Shown here: piece by piece, positions 7,805 to 17,184 of the stretch
Layout: each line of letters begins with the position of its first letter
How positions within the stretch are numbered: position 1 is the first letter of the stretch
From: Klebsiella phage KpLz-2_45
Sequence record: MN871446.1
Reading direction: 5' to 3' (one strand)
DNA length: 64,000 bases
Notes under the pieces: model-generated
The model's input: only the letters and a program-made list of their open reading frames with translations
Told to the model about the DNA's origin: nothing
Database searches by the model: none
Made by a program: the position numbers and the translations under genes

Positions 7805-9763
7805 ATGTCTAATGAAACACAGAAAATTAGCGAGTTGCTCAATACGTCCATCATTTCAGAGAACACTATTCTTCCCGTAGTTGCTGCTGAAGGTGAGACC
7901 AATTCCATCGATATTATCACTTTACGCTCGGCGTTGTTATTTGATAAAGCGTTTGAGACTAACGCAGCGGGTAATGCAGCGACTAGTAAAAACGATTCTT
8001 ATTTTGTTTATACCGATGCCACCAAAACAGCCGTATTGGGCTGGATGAACCAAGGCGGGGATTCTTACTCGCCTCTCCTCGATATTAATGGTGCACAAAT
8101 CCGTTTTATTGCAGGTCAAACTATTCGAGGTCTGGATTATTTCACAAATGGAGTTAACTCGTTTGCGGATCTGAGAACACTGACTCCGTTGTATTCCGGG
8201 CAACGCATTAAATTAAAGGCTTGGACAGCGGGAGAAAAGACAGGCGGCGGTGAATTTATTGCTGTCTTCGGAACTGCGACTGACGATGCGGGCACTATCG
8301 CGGCCGGAAACGGCTTTTATTGGGAAAGAGTGATCAATGGTGGGCTAAATCCAGAGATGTTTGGTGCTATCGGAAACGGTGTAGTTGACGACAGTAATAG
8401 TTTATCTAAATTTCTACTGGCTTTAGCAAATAGAGCCAAATATTTAACCCCAATAACATTTGTTCCGGCCATAGGTTATCTCAACGGTATCTATAGAATA
8501 ACAAAGACTATTACTGTAGATGGCGGTAAAGTAAGATTAACTACCAACACTGTTGGTTGCATCTTTTGTGACCCTACAGGGACTTACGAAAGTACCGGAT
8601 GTATTAAAGTAACCAATAATTACCTTAACTCTGCTTTTGTTGGACAGTACGCAGCACTATTTGAAAATATTTCTTTCGTCAGTACAGGAAGAACACTCAC
8701 CGCAATTTACGCTGTGAGGGGAGATGCTGTGAGCGGTAATAACGGTGCGTGTCTTCATAATGTTTTTAAATGTTCGTTTAAAGGCTTCAGTAAAATTTTT
8801 ACACATGGACCTGGCGGTTGGGGTTGGAACTGGGCAGGTTGTCAATTTTCTGATAGTACCAATTTGATGGTAATTGAGGATCAAGACGACACTTATGAAA
8901 GGCATAGTTTTGATGGATGTATTTTCCAAAACGGAGGGGTTGCATTTACAATAAATAACCCCGATGGGAAAGTCTATTGGAAAAATGGTTCTATGGACTA
9001 CTGCACCGGCGCAGCTACAATTACCGCCGGTTTCATAGAACTTAATGGTCATTTCGAGTGGACAGCCAGAACCGTAGATTTCATTACACTTTTATCAAGT
9101 AATGCGGCTGCTTCTATCTCGGGTGCAATGTTTATTCGTAACAATACTTCTGGTTCTACCTATTACGTCATTAATCAATACCAAGATAAGCAAGTAAAAG
9201 TAGATAATTTGGTCGTTATATCTGACGGTAATTACATTGCCAATGGAGTACTCTCAAATAGAGAGTTGTTAAAGGGAACAATTTTTGCGCAGAACGACGC
9301 GTCTAAATCTGTGCTCTATCACTCCTCTGATGAAAATCTGATATCGGGAACTACGTCTTACCCTCAAGTAACTTTAACTAACACCACTCAGTTTTCTTAT
9401 TCGGTGGCTGATGGTTCTTTGACGATTAGTTGTTCTGCGGGCGGACAAAGTGGTTTTCTTTACTTAGATGTCCCGGTAAATAATAAAAAATTCTACGCTT
9501 ATAAAATGACGGCGAGTAATACGTCTAATGGTTCTGTGTTCCTAGAAAAAACCGTATTGAATGCAAATAAAGATACGATAAGAACCGATACCAGTTCAGG
9601 TACTACCAGCTGGGCAGCAGGCTCTAGTTCGGTGGCAGGAGGTACTGTGACTCTTTTATCTTTACCTGCGGCGGCGGCTTTTATACGAATTAGATTTAAT
9701 CTCTCAAGTATGACAACAGGAAGTACGTTTACTATCAGTTCATTGAAAACTTTCACTTTTTAA
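7805..9763 (+). CDS. Tailspike with beta-helix domain
   Basis: The ORF track starts at 7739, but the ATG at 7805 gives MSNETQKISELLN...LRSALLFDKAFE...YFVYTD anchor. The shared VNSFADLRTLTPLYSGQRI...AAGNGFYWERVI module and beta-helix repeats follow. Confidence 0.8.
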   Translation: MSNETQKISELLNTSIISENTILPVVAAEGETNSIDIITLRSALLFDKAFETNAAGNAATSKNDSYFVYTDATKTAVLGWMNQGGDSYSPLLDINGAQIRFIAGQTIRGLDYFTNGVNSFADLRTLTPLYSGQRIKLKAWTAGEKTGGGEFIAVFGTATDDAGTIAAGNGFYWERVINGGLNPEMFGAIGNGVVDDSNSLSKFLLALANRAKYLTPITFVPAIGYLNGIYRITKTITVDGGKVRLTTNTVGCIFCDPTGTYESTGCIKVTNNYLNSAFVGQYAALFENISFVSTGRTLTAIYAVRGDAVSGNNGACLHNVFKCSFKGFSKIFTHGPGGWGWNWAGCQFSDSTNLMVIEDQDDTYERHSFDGCIFQNGGVAFTINNPDGKVYWKNGSMDYCTGAATITAGFIELNGHFEWTARTVDFITLLSSNAAASISGAMFIRNNTSGSTYYVINQYQDKQVKVDNLVVISDGNYIANGVLSNRELLKGTIFAQNDASKSVLYHSSDENLISGTTSYPQVTLTNTTQFSYSVADGSLTISCSAGGQSGFLYLDVPVNNKKFYAYKMTASNTSNGSVFLEKTVLNANKDTIRTDTSSGTTSWAAGSSSVAGGTVTLLSLPAAAAFIRIRFNLSSMTTGSTFTISSLKTFTF

Positions 9764-9770
9764 CAGACAT

Positions 9771-9798
9771 AGACAGAGGAGCAGAAGCTCCTCTGTCT
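9771..9798. terminator. Bidirectional terminator agacagaggagc-agaa-gctcctctgtct between convergent genes
   Basis: 12-bp perfect stem; TATTTTCTTT 3' on the plus strand. Confidence 0.75.
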
Positions 9799-9806
9799 TA
9801 TTTTCT

Positions 9807-10373
9807 TTATTCGTCGGTTTGTTCAACCAAAATGAATTTGCTGTCTTCGGTGTTAATCGCTTTACCGGATTCGGTAAGCAGAGAACCACGAGGAATCTTA
9901 CTACCGCCACTACACGTGACGTCAAGGTTACCTGACCAAACGTGACTATTATAAGTCGTACCAGCTTTGGTCTGGATAGTCACAACCGCGGTTTCTCCGG
10001 ACGGAATGAACGGCAGGTAATCGTCCGCATTCGCAATATCTTCAACGTCAATATAGAGACTGTATTTTGCTTTGATCAACGGTAAAAGATCAGCGATTGT
10101 CGATGCTGTTTCCGGCAGGACTAAAGTAGGGCCAACCGACGCCATCAGTTTGTTCAGTTCGATACGGGTGTAAGTAAAGGTCTTACTCCCGGTTACCGGA
10201 GAACGACCTGTAACGAGCACGGAGACACGATCTTCTGTACCCGGTACCGTAGAACCAGTGATGTTACCAAAGCTCAGGTAGCTGGCGTTGAGCGGCGTAG
10301 TGAGGTTATTCTGCTGACTGATCAGATCAGCGAGAATCTCGTATTTGGGACGACCGAATAAATCGACGTACAT
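9807..10373 (-). CDS. Hypothetical protein (188 aa)
   Basis: Complete ORF convergent with the tailspike gene; no recognisable motif. Confidence 0.5.
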   Translation of the reverse strand: MYVDLFGRPKYEILADLISQQNNLTTPLNASYLSFGNITGSTVPGTEDRVSVLVTGRSPVTGSKTFTYTRIELNKLMASVGPTLVLPETASTIADLLPLIKAKYSLYIDVEDIANADDYLPFIPSGETAVVTIQTKAGTTYNSHVWSGNLDVTCSGGSKIPRGSLLTESGKAINTEDSKFILVEQTDE

Positions 10374-10422
10374 TGTGTATACTCCATCTTAATTTTGTAA
10401 GCTTACACAGTAATGCGTGCTA

Positions 10423-10809
10423 TCACCAAATCGGCTCGCCACGATCAATAAACTGAATTCTTTCTTTTCTACAGAGTTTTTCTAAGATATCTTTTAAGAG
10501 GTGACGATGACAGAAGCAGTCGTGTTTACAATAGCAGGCTAAACAAATTCGTTCCTGATTAATCAACCACAGCCACGGTTCCGGATTTTTGATAAACCGT
10601 TCACGGGTCAACCGGTAATAGATATCAACGTATTCCGCTTCACTGACAATGCCTTGCTTAAATGGCCAGAGTAATTCTGGAGTGGGTGCAAAGTCTTTTA
10701 TTCCGCTTTTTAAGGTGGTATCGACAAAGACAATATCCAGTCCTTCCCAAACTCGCCAATCTGGTATTCTGCCTGTCCATACTTCGAGTTGCTTGAATGA
10801 ACGAAACAT
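10423..10809 (-). CDS. DUF488-like protein
   Basis: GGAGGAGAG-ATG at 10809 gives MFRSFKQLEVW.... The C-terminal ...LACYCKHDCFCHRHLLKDILEKL resembles the LlCaEk..CHR tail typical of DUF488 proteins. The longer track ORF (to 10881) lacks an RBS. Confidence 0.45.
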   Translation of the reverse strand: MFRSFKQLEVWTGRIPDWRVWEGLDIVFVDTTLKSGIKDFAPTPELLWPFKQGIVSEAEYVDIYYRLTRERFIKNPEPWLWLINQERICLACYCKHDCFCHRHLLKDILEKLCRKERIQFIDRGEPIW

Positions 10810-10873
10810 CTCTCCTCCGTTCAATGAAACCAAAAAAAACAATGAGACGATTAACCTGCTTAGGTCAAAAGAC

Positions 10874-11395
10874 CTAAGCATAGAAGTTTAACCATTCCAG
10901 AAAACGCCGGCTGCGTTTTTCGATATTCCCCTCAACTGGGTATCTTGATGCGTAATCTTCGTTGAGGGTCAGCGGATAAAACTCCGGGTCTCTCTCGGTG
11001 GCGTACATTAAATGGAGTACGTAATGCCGAGTCCCGTAAACGTCCAGGAAGGTCCAGAGTACATAACGTTGAAATGCGTGCTTAAACGTATCCAGTCTCA
11101 GCTTTTTGAACAGTCGATAAAATTCCGTGATATCGATTTTAAGCGCTTCGAGACTGGTGACCTGCACCGGGACACCGAGTTGAAGCGATAACCGGAATCC
11201 CCGGCAACGATATTCCCTCGCATTCATTCCCAGATATTCAATGATCAGTTTAGACCCGATGCGTTTATACGTTATATCCGTGGTCGCACGTGTCGTTTCA
11301 CCTACACGTCTACCGAAGGTGGTGGTGTCAATTCGATATTTTGCCAGGTCTTCTACGGCTTTCAGAAAGGACAATTTACTGACTTTGAGGCGCAT
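10874..11395 (-). CDS. Hypothetical protein (173 aa)
   Basis: ORF with an upstream terminator and a T-rich leader; no motif recognised. Confidence 0.5.
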   Translation of the reverse strand: MRLKVSKLSFLKAVEDLAKYRIDTTTFGRRVGETTRATTDITYKRIGSKLIIEYLGMNAREYRCRGFRLSLQLGVPVQVTSLEALKIDITEFYRLFKKLRLDTFKHAFQRYVLWTFLDVYGTRHYVLHLMYATERDPEFYPLTLNEDYASRYPVEGNIEKRSRRFLEWLNFYA

Positions 11396-11422
11396 AGTTT
11401 CTCTCTTCGAAAAATAAAAGAA

Positions 11423-11442
11423 AGAGAGGCCAGCGCCTCTCT
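11423..11442 (-). terminator. Terminator hairpin agagaggc-cagc-gcctctct, part of a 33-nt element repeated at 14930..14962
   Basis: Perfect 8-bp stem; the minus strand continues TTCTTTTATTTTT. Confidence 0.65.
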
Positions 11443-11448
11443 TGATAA

Positions 11449-12000
11449 TTACGCTCTGACCTGTTTCAGCCAGGCGTCGTCGAGACCCGCTACTGCCGCG
11501 GTTTTACGATTAACGTACTCGGTCAGGTCTGGGTCGTGGCGCGTCACCAGGAAATGGAGGGCACGCAGACCGGCTAACCAGAAATCGGTTTCGAGGAATT
11601 TGTATTCGCACGCCGGATGCAGGACAGTGAATTCCCAGCATTCCGCTTCATCAGATTCCGTTTCCGTCACGTTACGGTATTTGATCTGGCCGCTGGTTGA
11701 TTCCAGATAACGGTTAACGGCATGGATTGACAATGCGTGACCTTTAGGGACATCGAAGCCCAAACCGATGAACAGTGAATGAGTCAGAGACATCTTGGAG
11801 ATACGATCAACGTAATCTTCGTGTTTGGTGATGATCTCTTCTTTGCTCAGCGGGGTTTCGCCGTCTTTGATGATTTCCGGGTAAGAGGAATCAACCAGCA
11901 CGAAGTCTTCGTGTTTGAAATCCTTCAGGACTTCCTGTTTCATTTCGCTGTCAATAGCTGCGGCGGCAGAGATTGCTTCGTTTACAACGGTGTTTTCCAT
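11449..12000 (-). CDS. Hypothetical protein (183 aa)
   Basis: ORF only; acidic N-terminal half. Confidence 0.5.
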   Translation of the reverse strand: MENTVVNEAISAAAAIDSEMKQEVLKDFKHEDFVLVDSSYPEIIKDGETPLSKEEIITKHEDYVDRISKMSLTHSLFIGLGFDVPKGHALSIHAVNRYLESTSGQIKYRNVTETESDEAECWEFTVLHPACEYKFLETDFWLAGLRALHFLVTRHDPDLTEYVNRKTAAVAGLDDAWLKQVRA

Positions 12001-12033
12001 TTGATAATTAACCTAATTGAAAGAAAAGAAAAA

Positions 12034-12050
12034 GCGGGGAATTTCCCCGC
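12034..12050. terminator. Short hairpin gcgggga-att-tccccgc flanked by an A-run and a T-run
   Basis: 7-bp GC-rich stem; AAAGAAAAGAAAAA 5' and TTTATT 3'. Confidence 0.55.
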
Positions 12051-12076
12051 TTTATTAAACTACCTGGCCGCCGAAA

Positions 12077-12538
12077 TTAATCGGACAGTTCGGAAGTTTT
12101 GGATTCGATCATACGGCGAACTGCGACGTGATCTTCGCGCTCTTTACGGCGATACGCCACGGTCACCGACGGGTCTTTCATGGTGCCGTCAGCCTTTTTA
12201 CCGGTCGGCGGAGTATAGTTAACCGCAACGCCTGTTTTACCCGTCTGGATAACACCCCAAACGCGTTTGGTGTCGCGATGAGTTTTCAGGTGATCGATGG
12301 CTTTAGGGCCGGCGTTATGCAGCAGCGCAGTAGCGAACAGGCTTTCATATTCCTGAACCGCTTCGATCTTGTCTTTGATATCCGCCGGCGCGTTATCCAT
12401 GAAACAGTCTACGCCTTCTTTCTGCGAGATGGTTCCATGTTCTGAGACGAAAATGCTGTCGCCGATTTTAGCGGAAAGGTCCAGTACCTCTTTAGAAATT
12501 TCCAGTACGGTTTCTTTCTTTTCTTTTACATCTGACAT
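12077..12538 (-). CDS. Hypothetical protein (153 aa)
   Basis: GAGGAA-N6-ATG start; no motif. Confidence 0.5.
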   Translation of the reverse strand: MSDVKEKKETVLEISKEVLDLSAKIGDSIFVSEHGTISQKEGVDCFMDNAPADIKDKIEAVQEYESLFATALLHNAGPKAIDHLKTHRDTKRVWGVIQTGKTGVAVNYTPPTGKKADGTMKDPSVTVAYRRKEREDHVAVRRMIESKTSELSD

Positions 12539-12675
12539 TTGTATTTCCTCAATTGAGTGTGTTTCGATGAGATTAATGAGAACTGCAGTTCTACTACTTC
12601 ACTATCGACCGATGATCAGTTCGGCGCGATGGGAATTTTATCTTTAGCGCCGAGTATCTTTGAGTTTAACTCAAC

Positions 12676-13074
12676 TTACTCAGCTTCTTTCTGTCCTTGG
12701 AGTTTCCACCGCGGGATTGAAGGGTTCGTAGAAGCTTCGATATAATCTACGAGGGCCGTGTTTACGTAAAAAAGATTACGATAAACATAAACCCAATCAA
12801 TCGATACGCGTCTGTACTCTTTAGCACCTTTATTAGAAATAAGATGCCCTGTTTCGGAGATAATGCACGAGATAGCTCGAGTTAATTCAAAATCGTTAAT
12901 TTTGCTATCAAGTACCCGAACTGACGCTATTACTTGTTCAAGTAATTTAAGATGCGCGAACTGGCCAAAGCGTCCTTCGGGTAGAATAATAAAGTCAGCT
13001 ACCCGAAGACGGAGATCAGCTACCTGGTTTATAGCTGTAATAAAATCGTTTTGAACGGAATTTTCTTCAAGCAT
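12676..13074 (-). CDS. Hypothetical protein (132 aa)
   Basis: ORF only. Confidence 0.4.
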   Translation of the reverse strand: MLEENSVQNDFITAINQVADLRLRVADFIILPEGRFGQFAHLKLLEQVIASVRVLDSKINDFELTRAISCIISETGHLISNKGAKEYRRVSIDWVYVYRNLFYVNTALVDYIEASTNPSIPRWKLQGQKEAE

Positions 13075-13145
13075 GTCTCACTCCTTTTAATGATTGAAAG
13101 GTAGATTTCTCTACCTTATTTCAATAGAGTGATATAGATGTTAAA

Positions 13146-13877
13146 TTAGTTTGAAATGGCACCGAGACATTCAAACAGATAGCCGGTCATGAATTCTGCC
13201 GAGGTAGGCTTCGTGTATTGGCCGGTGCTGTTATCGGAACGGATAATAGTTTGGTAGATGTTACCAAACGTCGTGGCGTTACTGTCGTCAAATAACACCT
13301 TAAACAGCCCCTGATGGATCGCAGCGTAAAGGTCAGTAGCTTTTACCGCTTCCGTTACAAAGTCGCTCACAAAGCTGTCTACTTCGTTATACTGATCAAC
13401 AAGTAACGGGTGAGCGTTCTTCAGGAGGAAGTAAAACTCTTTCGCCAACGACGTCAGTAATTCACTCCGTTTGTCTTCATTACTGAGGTAGATTTTATAC
13501 AGCTCATTACTGTAACCGGTCACCCAATTGGTACCGACAGTACGCGCTTCTTCGCGGAATTTCGTTTCCGGTTTCAGGTAATATCCGATCCCTTCGGTCA
13601 GGGAAAGGTAGGTCAGTGCATCTGGGTTATCGATCGGCGCATTCAGGTAAAGGACATTTCCTTCAACGCGATACGTTTCAACGCTCGGGTCGATGACGAT
13701 TTCCACGTTTTCGAGTTGATACTTTTCACCGATAGCATGGACGCCGTACACGAAGACTTGACCCGGGACAATCACTCCTTCGATAGTTTCCTTCACCGCC
13801 TGTGCTAAAGCAACTAGACGTTGGGTTTCACTGGCGTTGAGACCCTTGATGCCGTTGAGCAGACTAGATGGTTGCAT
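13146..13877 (-). CDS. Hypothetical protein (243 aa)
   Basis: ORF only. Confidence 0.5.
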   Translation of the reverse strand: MQPSSLLNGIKGLNASETQRLVALAQAVKETIEGVIVPGQVFVYGVHAIGEKYQLENVEIVIDPSVETYRVEGNVLYLNAPIDNPDALTYLSLTEGIGYYLKPETKFREEARTVGTNWVTGYSNELYKIYLSNEDKRSELLTSLAKEFYFLLKNAHPLLVDQYNEVDSFVSDFVTEAVKATDLYAAIHQGLFKVLFDDSNATTFGNIYQTIIRSDNSTGQYTKPTSAEFMTGYLFECLGAISN

Positions 13878-13949
13878 GGCTACACCTCAATAAGTTTTAC
13901 GTTTACATAGTAGGAACGGTAACTGTAAGGTTTGAAATGTTACAGCATA

Positions 13950-13975
13950 GAGAGGAGGGCGTCTGCCCTCCTCTC
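13950..13975. terminator. Terminator hairpin gagaggagggc-gtct-gccctcctctc
   Basis: 11-bp perfect stem. Confidence 0.7.
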
Positions 13976-13982
13976 ATCTGGT

Positions 13983-14144
13983 TAATGTCTCTGCGGTTTA
14001 TTTGTCGGCGTAGGAAGTGTTACTCCTTTAAACCGACATTCTTTGTAAACATTGCGTAAAAAGCGTTGGCGGTCTTCTTCACGTTGTTTCTCGATTCGTT
14101 CGTCACCAGGGAATCTGGCGATATAGCAGGGGCGTTTCACCATA
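13983..14144 (-). CDS. Small 53-aa ORF, not in the ORF track (below its cutoff)
   Basis: AAGGTG-N8-ATG; reverse translation MVKRPCYIARFPGDERIEKQREEDRQRFLRNVYKECRFKGVTLPTPTNKPQRH; fills an otherwise empty 300-nt gap. Confidence 0.3.
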
Positions 14145-14181
14145 GCGTTCACCTTTTGTTCATGTGGGCTTTACCGGCCCG

Positions 14182-14859
14182 TTAGACAGTCGGGTTACTC
14201 TTGCTCGTTATCCACTGACTCGCAAGTGTTTTGAGTGATCCGCCGCGATCGACGAAGACACTCAAATTACTGTTGTCAGTGTAGACTACATTGCGGTCTT
14301 CGCTATTGACGGTAGCGGAGACAATGACATGGTTTCCTTTCACAAGTGCATTTTCGCTTATGATAGTACGAAGCGTGTAACCCACGATATCAATAAGATC
14401 AGACAACTGCTTATAGCGGTATTGTCCATCGTTGGTTGTGTCCTCTTCGTAGTCAGTACGTAAGGATTCGAATAAATAGTATCCTACCCACAGCGATGCC
14501 ACCGCGTAGATACTCGGGTTAAAAACGTTGTCGAGTCGGGGAAGGAGACTATAGTGGTACAAAGTCGTCACGCCGTAACCCAGATTTGCCAACATGTTAA
14601 GAACAAATCCATCCGGGAGGGCGTTGATCTTGGCGTCAATTCCTGGAAATTTAGTTCCCAGGTGACTGATAAGACGGGAGCGTACTTCCGTTTCTCGCAT
14701 ATTGATTGGCCAAGATAAAATAGGAACTTGCTTAAACGGTTTATTCTCGCCTGCAAAATCCGAAGCACTCGGCGTTCTTGTCCAAGGAGTTAATAACTCA
14801 ATCGACTGGATAATAGCAGGGAGCGTACTGTCGTCGTAAATTCCAACTGAAGTGGGCAT
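14182..14859 (-). CDS. Hypothetical protein (225 aa)
   Basis: ORF only. Upstream TAGTTTTATGATAA (14914..14927) is a weak variant of the conserved box. Confidence 0.5.
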   Translation of the reverse strand: MPTSVGIYDDSTLPAIIQSIELLTPWTRTPSASDFAGENKPFKQVPILSWPINMRETEVRSRLISHLGTKFPGIDAKINALPDGFVLNMLANLGYGVTTLYHYSLLPRLDNVFNPSIYAVASLWVGYYLFESLRTDYEEDTTNDGQYRYKQLSDLIDIVGYTLRTIISENALVKGNHVIVSATVNSEDRNVVYTDNSNLSVFVDRGGSLKTLASQWITSKSNPTV

Positions 14860-14941
14860 GATAAATCCTCTCTTCGTAATAAGTGTCTCTTAAATTAAAT
14901 CAGATTTTAAGTATTATCATAAAACTAAGAAAATAAAAGAA

Positions 14942-14961
14942 AGAGAGGCCAACGCCTCTCT
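14942..14961 (-). terminator. Terminator hairpin agagaggc-caac-gcctctct (near-identical copy of 11423..11442)
   Basis: 33 of 34 nt identical to 11411..11443. Confidence 0.65.
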
Positions 14962-14968
14962 TTTCTAT

Positions 14969-15716
14969 TTACCAACGTGCAACCAGACCACTTTTCCCGG
15001 AAAGTAAGGTAGCGCGATCTAAGTTACGAATCGCATCAATCGTCCCTTTAAAACTGGACTCTACCGAAACCAGACTTTTATCTTCCGCCATACTACGAAT
15101 GATTGCCGGTTGAACCGGAACCACCAACGCCGATTCGCAAGACGGCGACATGTATTTGTTCGCAACAGAAAGACCCGGTTCGTTAACGAGATCCCAGGTG
15201 ATGATGTTATCAACGTACTTACGTACCTTCCCGCCCACGACTCTGTCGGTCGCCATGCTGCGAATACTGAAGGCCAGATTCTCGTCCGGGTTAGCCATGA
15301 TTTTATCAAAGTCATCACGACGTGCACCAGTAGAACAGACTTCGCCCATGATCGCGCAAATGCGCTGACCATTCGGTAACACGAAGTTCGGTACTACCCA
15401 AACTTTACGGATATGGATCGCCCAGTTCCGCTCATCAATCGTGTGGATGCGCTGAATGAACTTACGGTAGTCAGGGTAGTCATACTCTTTTGGATGACCC
15501 CACTCACCACGCAAATACCCTTCGTTAATCCGCTTCTGGAACAAGCCGTTTGCAGCGAGGATACGTTCTACACGCTGCTGGTCATAAACTGCCCCGATGC
15601 TGTTATCAAACTCTAACGCACCCAGGATAACTTCCAGGTAGTTATTATCGAGGCGTTTAATGTTACCGACCCGGTTCACTCCTTTCAGCGCCGTTACTTC
15701 AAATGACATTCCCATG
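14969..15716 (-). CDS. Hypothetical protein (~249 aa)
   Basis: The track ORF extends to 15823 and overlaps the upstream gene. GGTGA-ATG at 15716 (MGMSFEVTALKG...) avoids that overlap and leaves the conserved box upstream. Confidence 0.45.
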
Positions 15717-15719
15717 ATT

Positions 15720-16445
15720 TCACCATCGTACAATATTAGAGAAACTCGACTCATACGAAAGCAGTCCCGCCTTGCGTTCCTTGGCAGCGTTGAATTCTGT
15801 CTTCGATAACGGGAACATCTCAACTTGGCTTTGGTCGAACGGCTCTTCTTTGTACCGTTCTAGCGCAGGGAGCACCATCTGATAATACCCGCGTTTCAAC
15901 GAAAAGAACGGCGAGAACTTTAAGGACGGACCCGTCACCTCAATGAGGATTCGGGTTTCAATACTTTTCTGGTAGTCATCTTTGATCAAACGAAGTTCGT
16001 CGATAAAACACTTCCCGACGACCCGCGCTGGGTAGGGTTGGTCTTCCTGATCGACATTCACTAACCAACGTTCTTCTGACCACTCTGCCATCGGGCAGAT
16101 AGATTTCCCTGGTCGCAAAGAACCCTCTACATCAATGGCGTAGATCGTATAGCCACCGAGCCATGTGTCATCACCCGCGCAGTGGGCTTTACTGTCGAGA
16201 AAGTCCCGTAACGCGACACCGTATCCTCGCAGACAATCCACCACAGTGATTCCGGTACAAACCCGTTTCACACTTTCATCTTCTCCCGCCATCGTCCGTT
16301 GAATTTCACGCGGAACGAAAACGTCGATCTTTGGATTAGGCGAGATATGATAAAGGACGCGGTGGTGCGTATCGACCTGTAAGGCGTTGATGGCGTGCTC
16401 TTGCTGTTTACGGACGAAAGCAGTTAACCGTTCAAATGGTGACAT
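15720..16445 (-). CDS. Hypothetical protein (241 aa)
   Basis: ORF only. Confidence 0.5.
   Translation of the reverse strand: MSPFERLTAFVRKQQEHAINALQVDTHHRVLYHISPNPKIDVFVPREIQRTMAGEDESVKRVCTGITVVDCLRGYGVALRDFLDSKAHCAGDDTWLGGYTIYAIDVEGSLRPGKSICPMAEWSEERWLVNVDQEDQPYPARVVGKCFIDELRLIKDDYQKSIETRILIEVTGPSLKFSPFFSLKRGYYQMVLPALERYKEEPFDQSQVEMFPLSKTEFNAAKERKAGLLSYESSFSNIVRW
15750..15762 (-). promoter_or_regulatory. Conserved box GCTTTCGTATGAG (minus strand) about 36 nt upstream of the ATG at 15716
   Basis: TTTCGTATGAG core identical to the tailspike boxes. Lies in the 3' end of the 15720..16445 ORF. Confidence 0.35.
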
Positions 16446-16447
16446 AC

Positions 16448-17173
16448 TTACGCCCTCAAGAGTCGTTCAATCGGCTGCGTGACTTCGTTAGGGTTCACAA
16501 TCGCCGAATCCAAGCCATCGCCAGTGTAGCTCCCTGAGATCTTCGCTGTGGTATCAGACGAACCATCAATTACGTTACGTAACGGAATCCACGTGAACGG
16601 CGTTGTTTTGAGTTCGTTGTAGCTGAAGAGTTTCTCACGAAGTGGGACTTTACGGTCATGCGATAAACGCGCAATCTGTGCGATAATCATCTCGCCGATG
16701 GTCGGGGTCGCCACCAATTGCGTACCGGTGTATTTTTTCGTTTCTTCAAAGAACCCGCTGAGCGAGATATAGTTGTAGAAGAATGGGATTCTTCCTCGGG
16801 CCAGAATCTCTTCAAACAGGTAATAAAGAAGGGTGTTGTCTTTGACCAGGTTCAAGTTTTTGATCACGGTACTACCGGGAGTAAAATGGAAGTCGTAATA
16901 GCTCCGACCTTGGTACTCTAACTGACGAATTTCAGCCGGGGCGATTTCCATCATACTGGGTGTGGTTGAAACTGCGTATTCACCCGCTTCGTTACAGATC
17001 GCAAAGAAGCCGATGATCATAATACGCTTACCCATACTGATCAATTGTTTTGCGCGAAAGGACTCTTGGATCACAATCCGGCAGCCGGTCGTAGTGACCA
17101 GACTGCCGTTTGGGAGTTCACGTAACGTCGCTTTCATCGCATCAGGTTTATGTTTCCACTGAGCGATATCCAC
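16448..17173 (-). CDS. Hypothetical protein (241 aa)
   Basis: Tightly packed with its neighbours (2-nt gap). Confidence 0.5.
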   Translation of the reverse strand: MDIAQWKHKPDAMKATLRELPNGSLVTTTGCRIVIQESFRAKQLISMGKRIMIIGFFAICNEAGEYAVSTTPSMMEIAPAEIRQLEYQGRSYYDFHFTPGSTVIKNLNLVKDNTLLYYLFEEILARGRIPFFYNYISLSGFFEETKKYTGTQLVATPTIGEMIIAQIARLSHDRKVPLREKLFSYNELKTTPFTWIPLRNVIDGSSDTTAKISGSYTGDGLDSAIVNPNEVTQPIERLLRA

Positions 17174-17184
17174 ACTCGACTCCT

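Noticed and set aside
12540-12675. Possible tRNA or small-RNA gene in the intergenic gaps 12540..12675 and 13878..14181.
   Set aside because: No GTTC(G/A)A.TC T-loop or cloverleaf-compatible pairing was found by eye. The second gap is better explained by a terminator plus a 53-aa ORF.
13868-14059. Plus-strand 63-aa ORF in the track.
   Set aside because: It runs across the terminator hairpin at 13950..13975 and lacks an RBS. The minus-strand 53-aa ORF is the better candidate.
14969-15823. Long N-terminal extensions of several track ORFs (14969..15823, 39458..40222, 36317..37138, 5340..7493, 7739..9763).
   Set aside because: The extensions overlap upstream genes or terminators and lack RBSs. 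Internal starts with good Shine-Dalgarno spacing were preferred.
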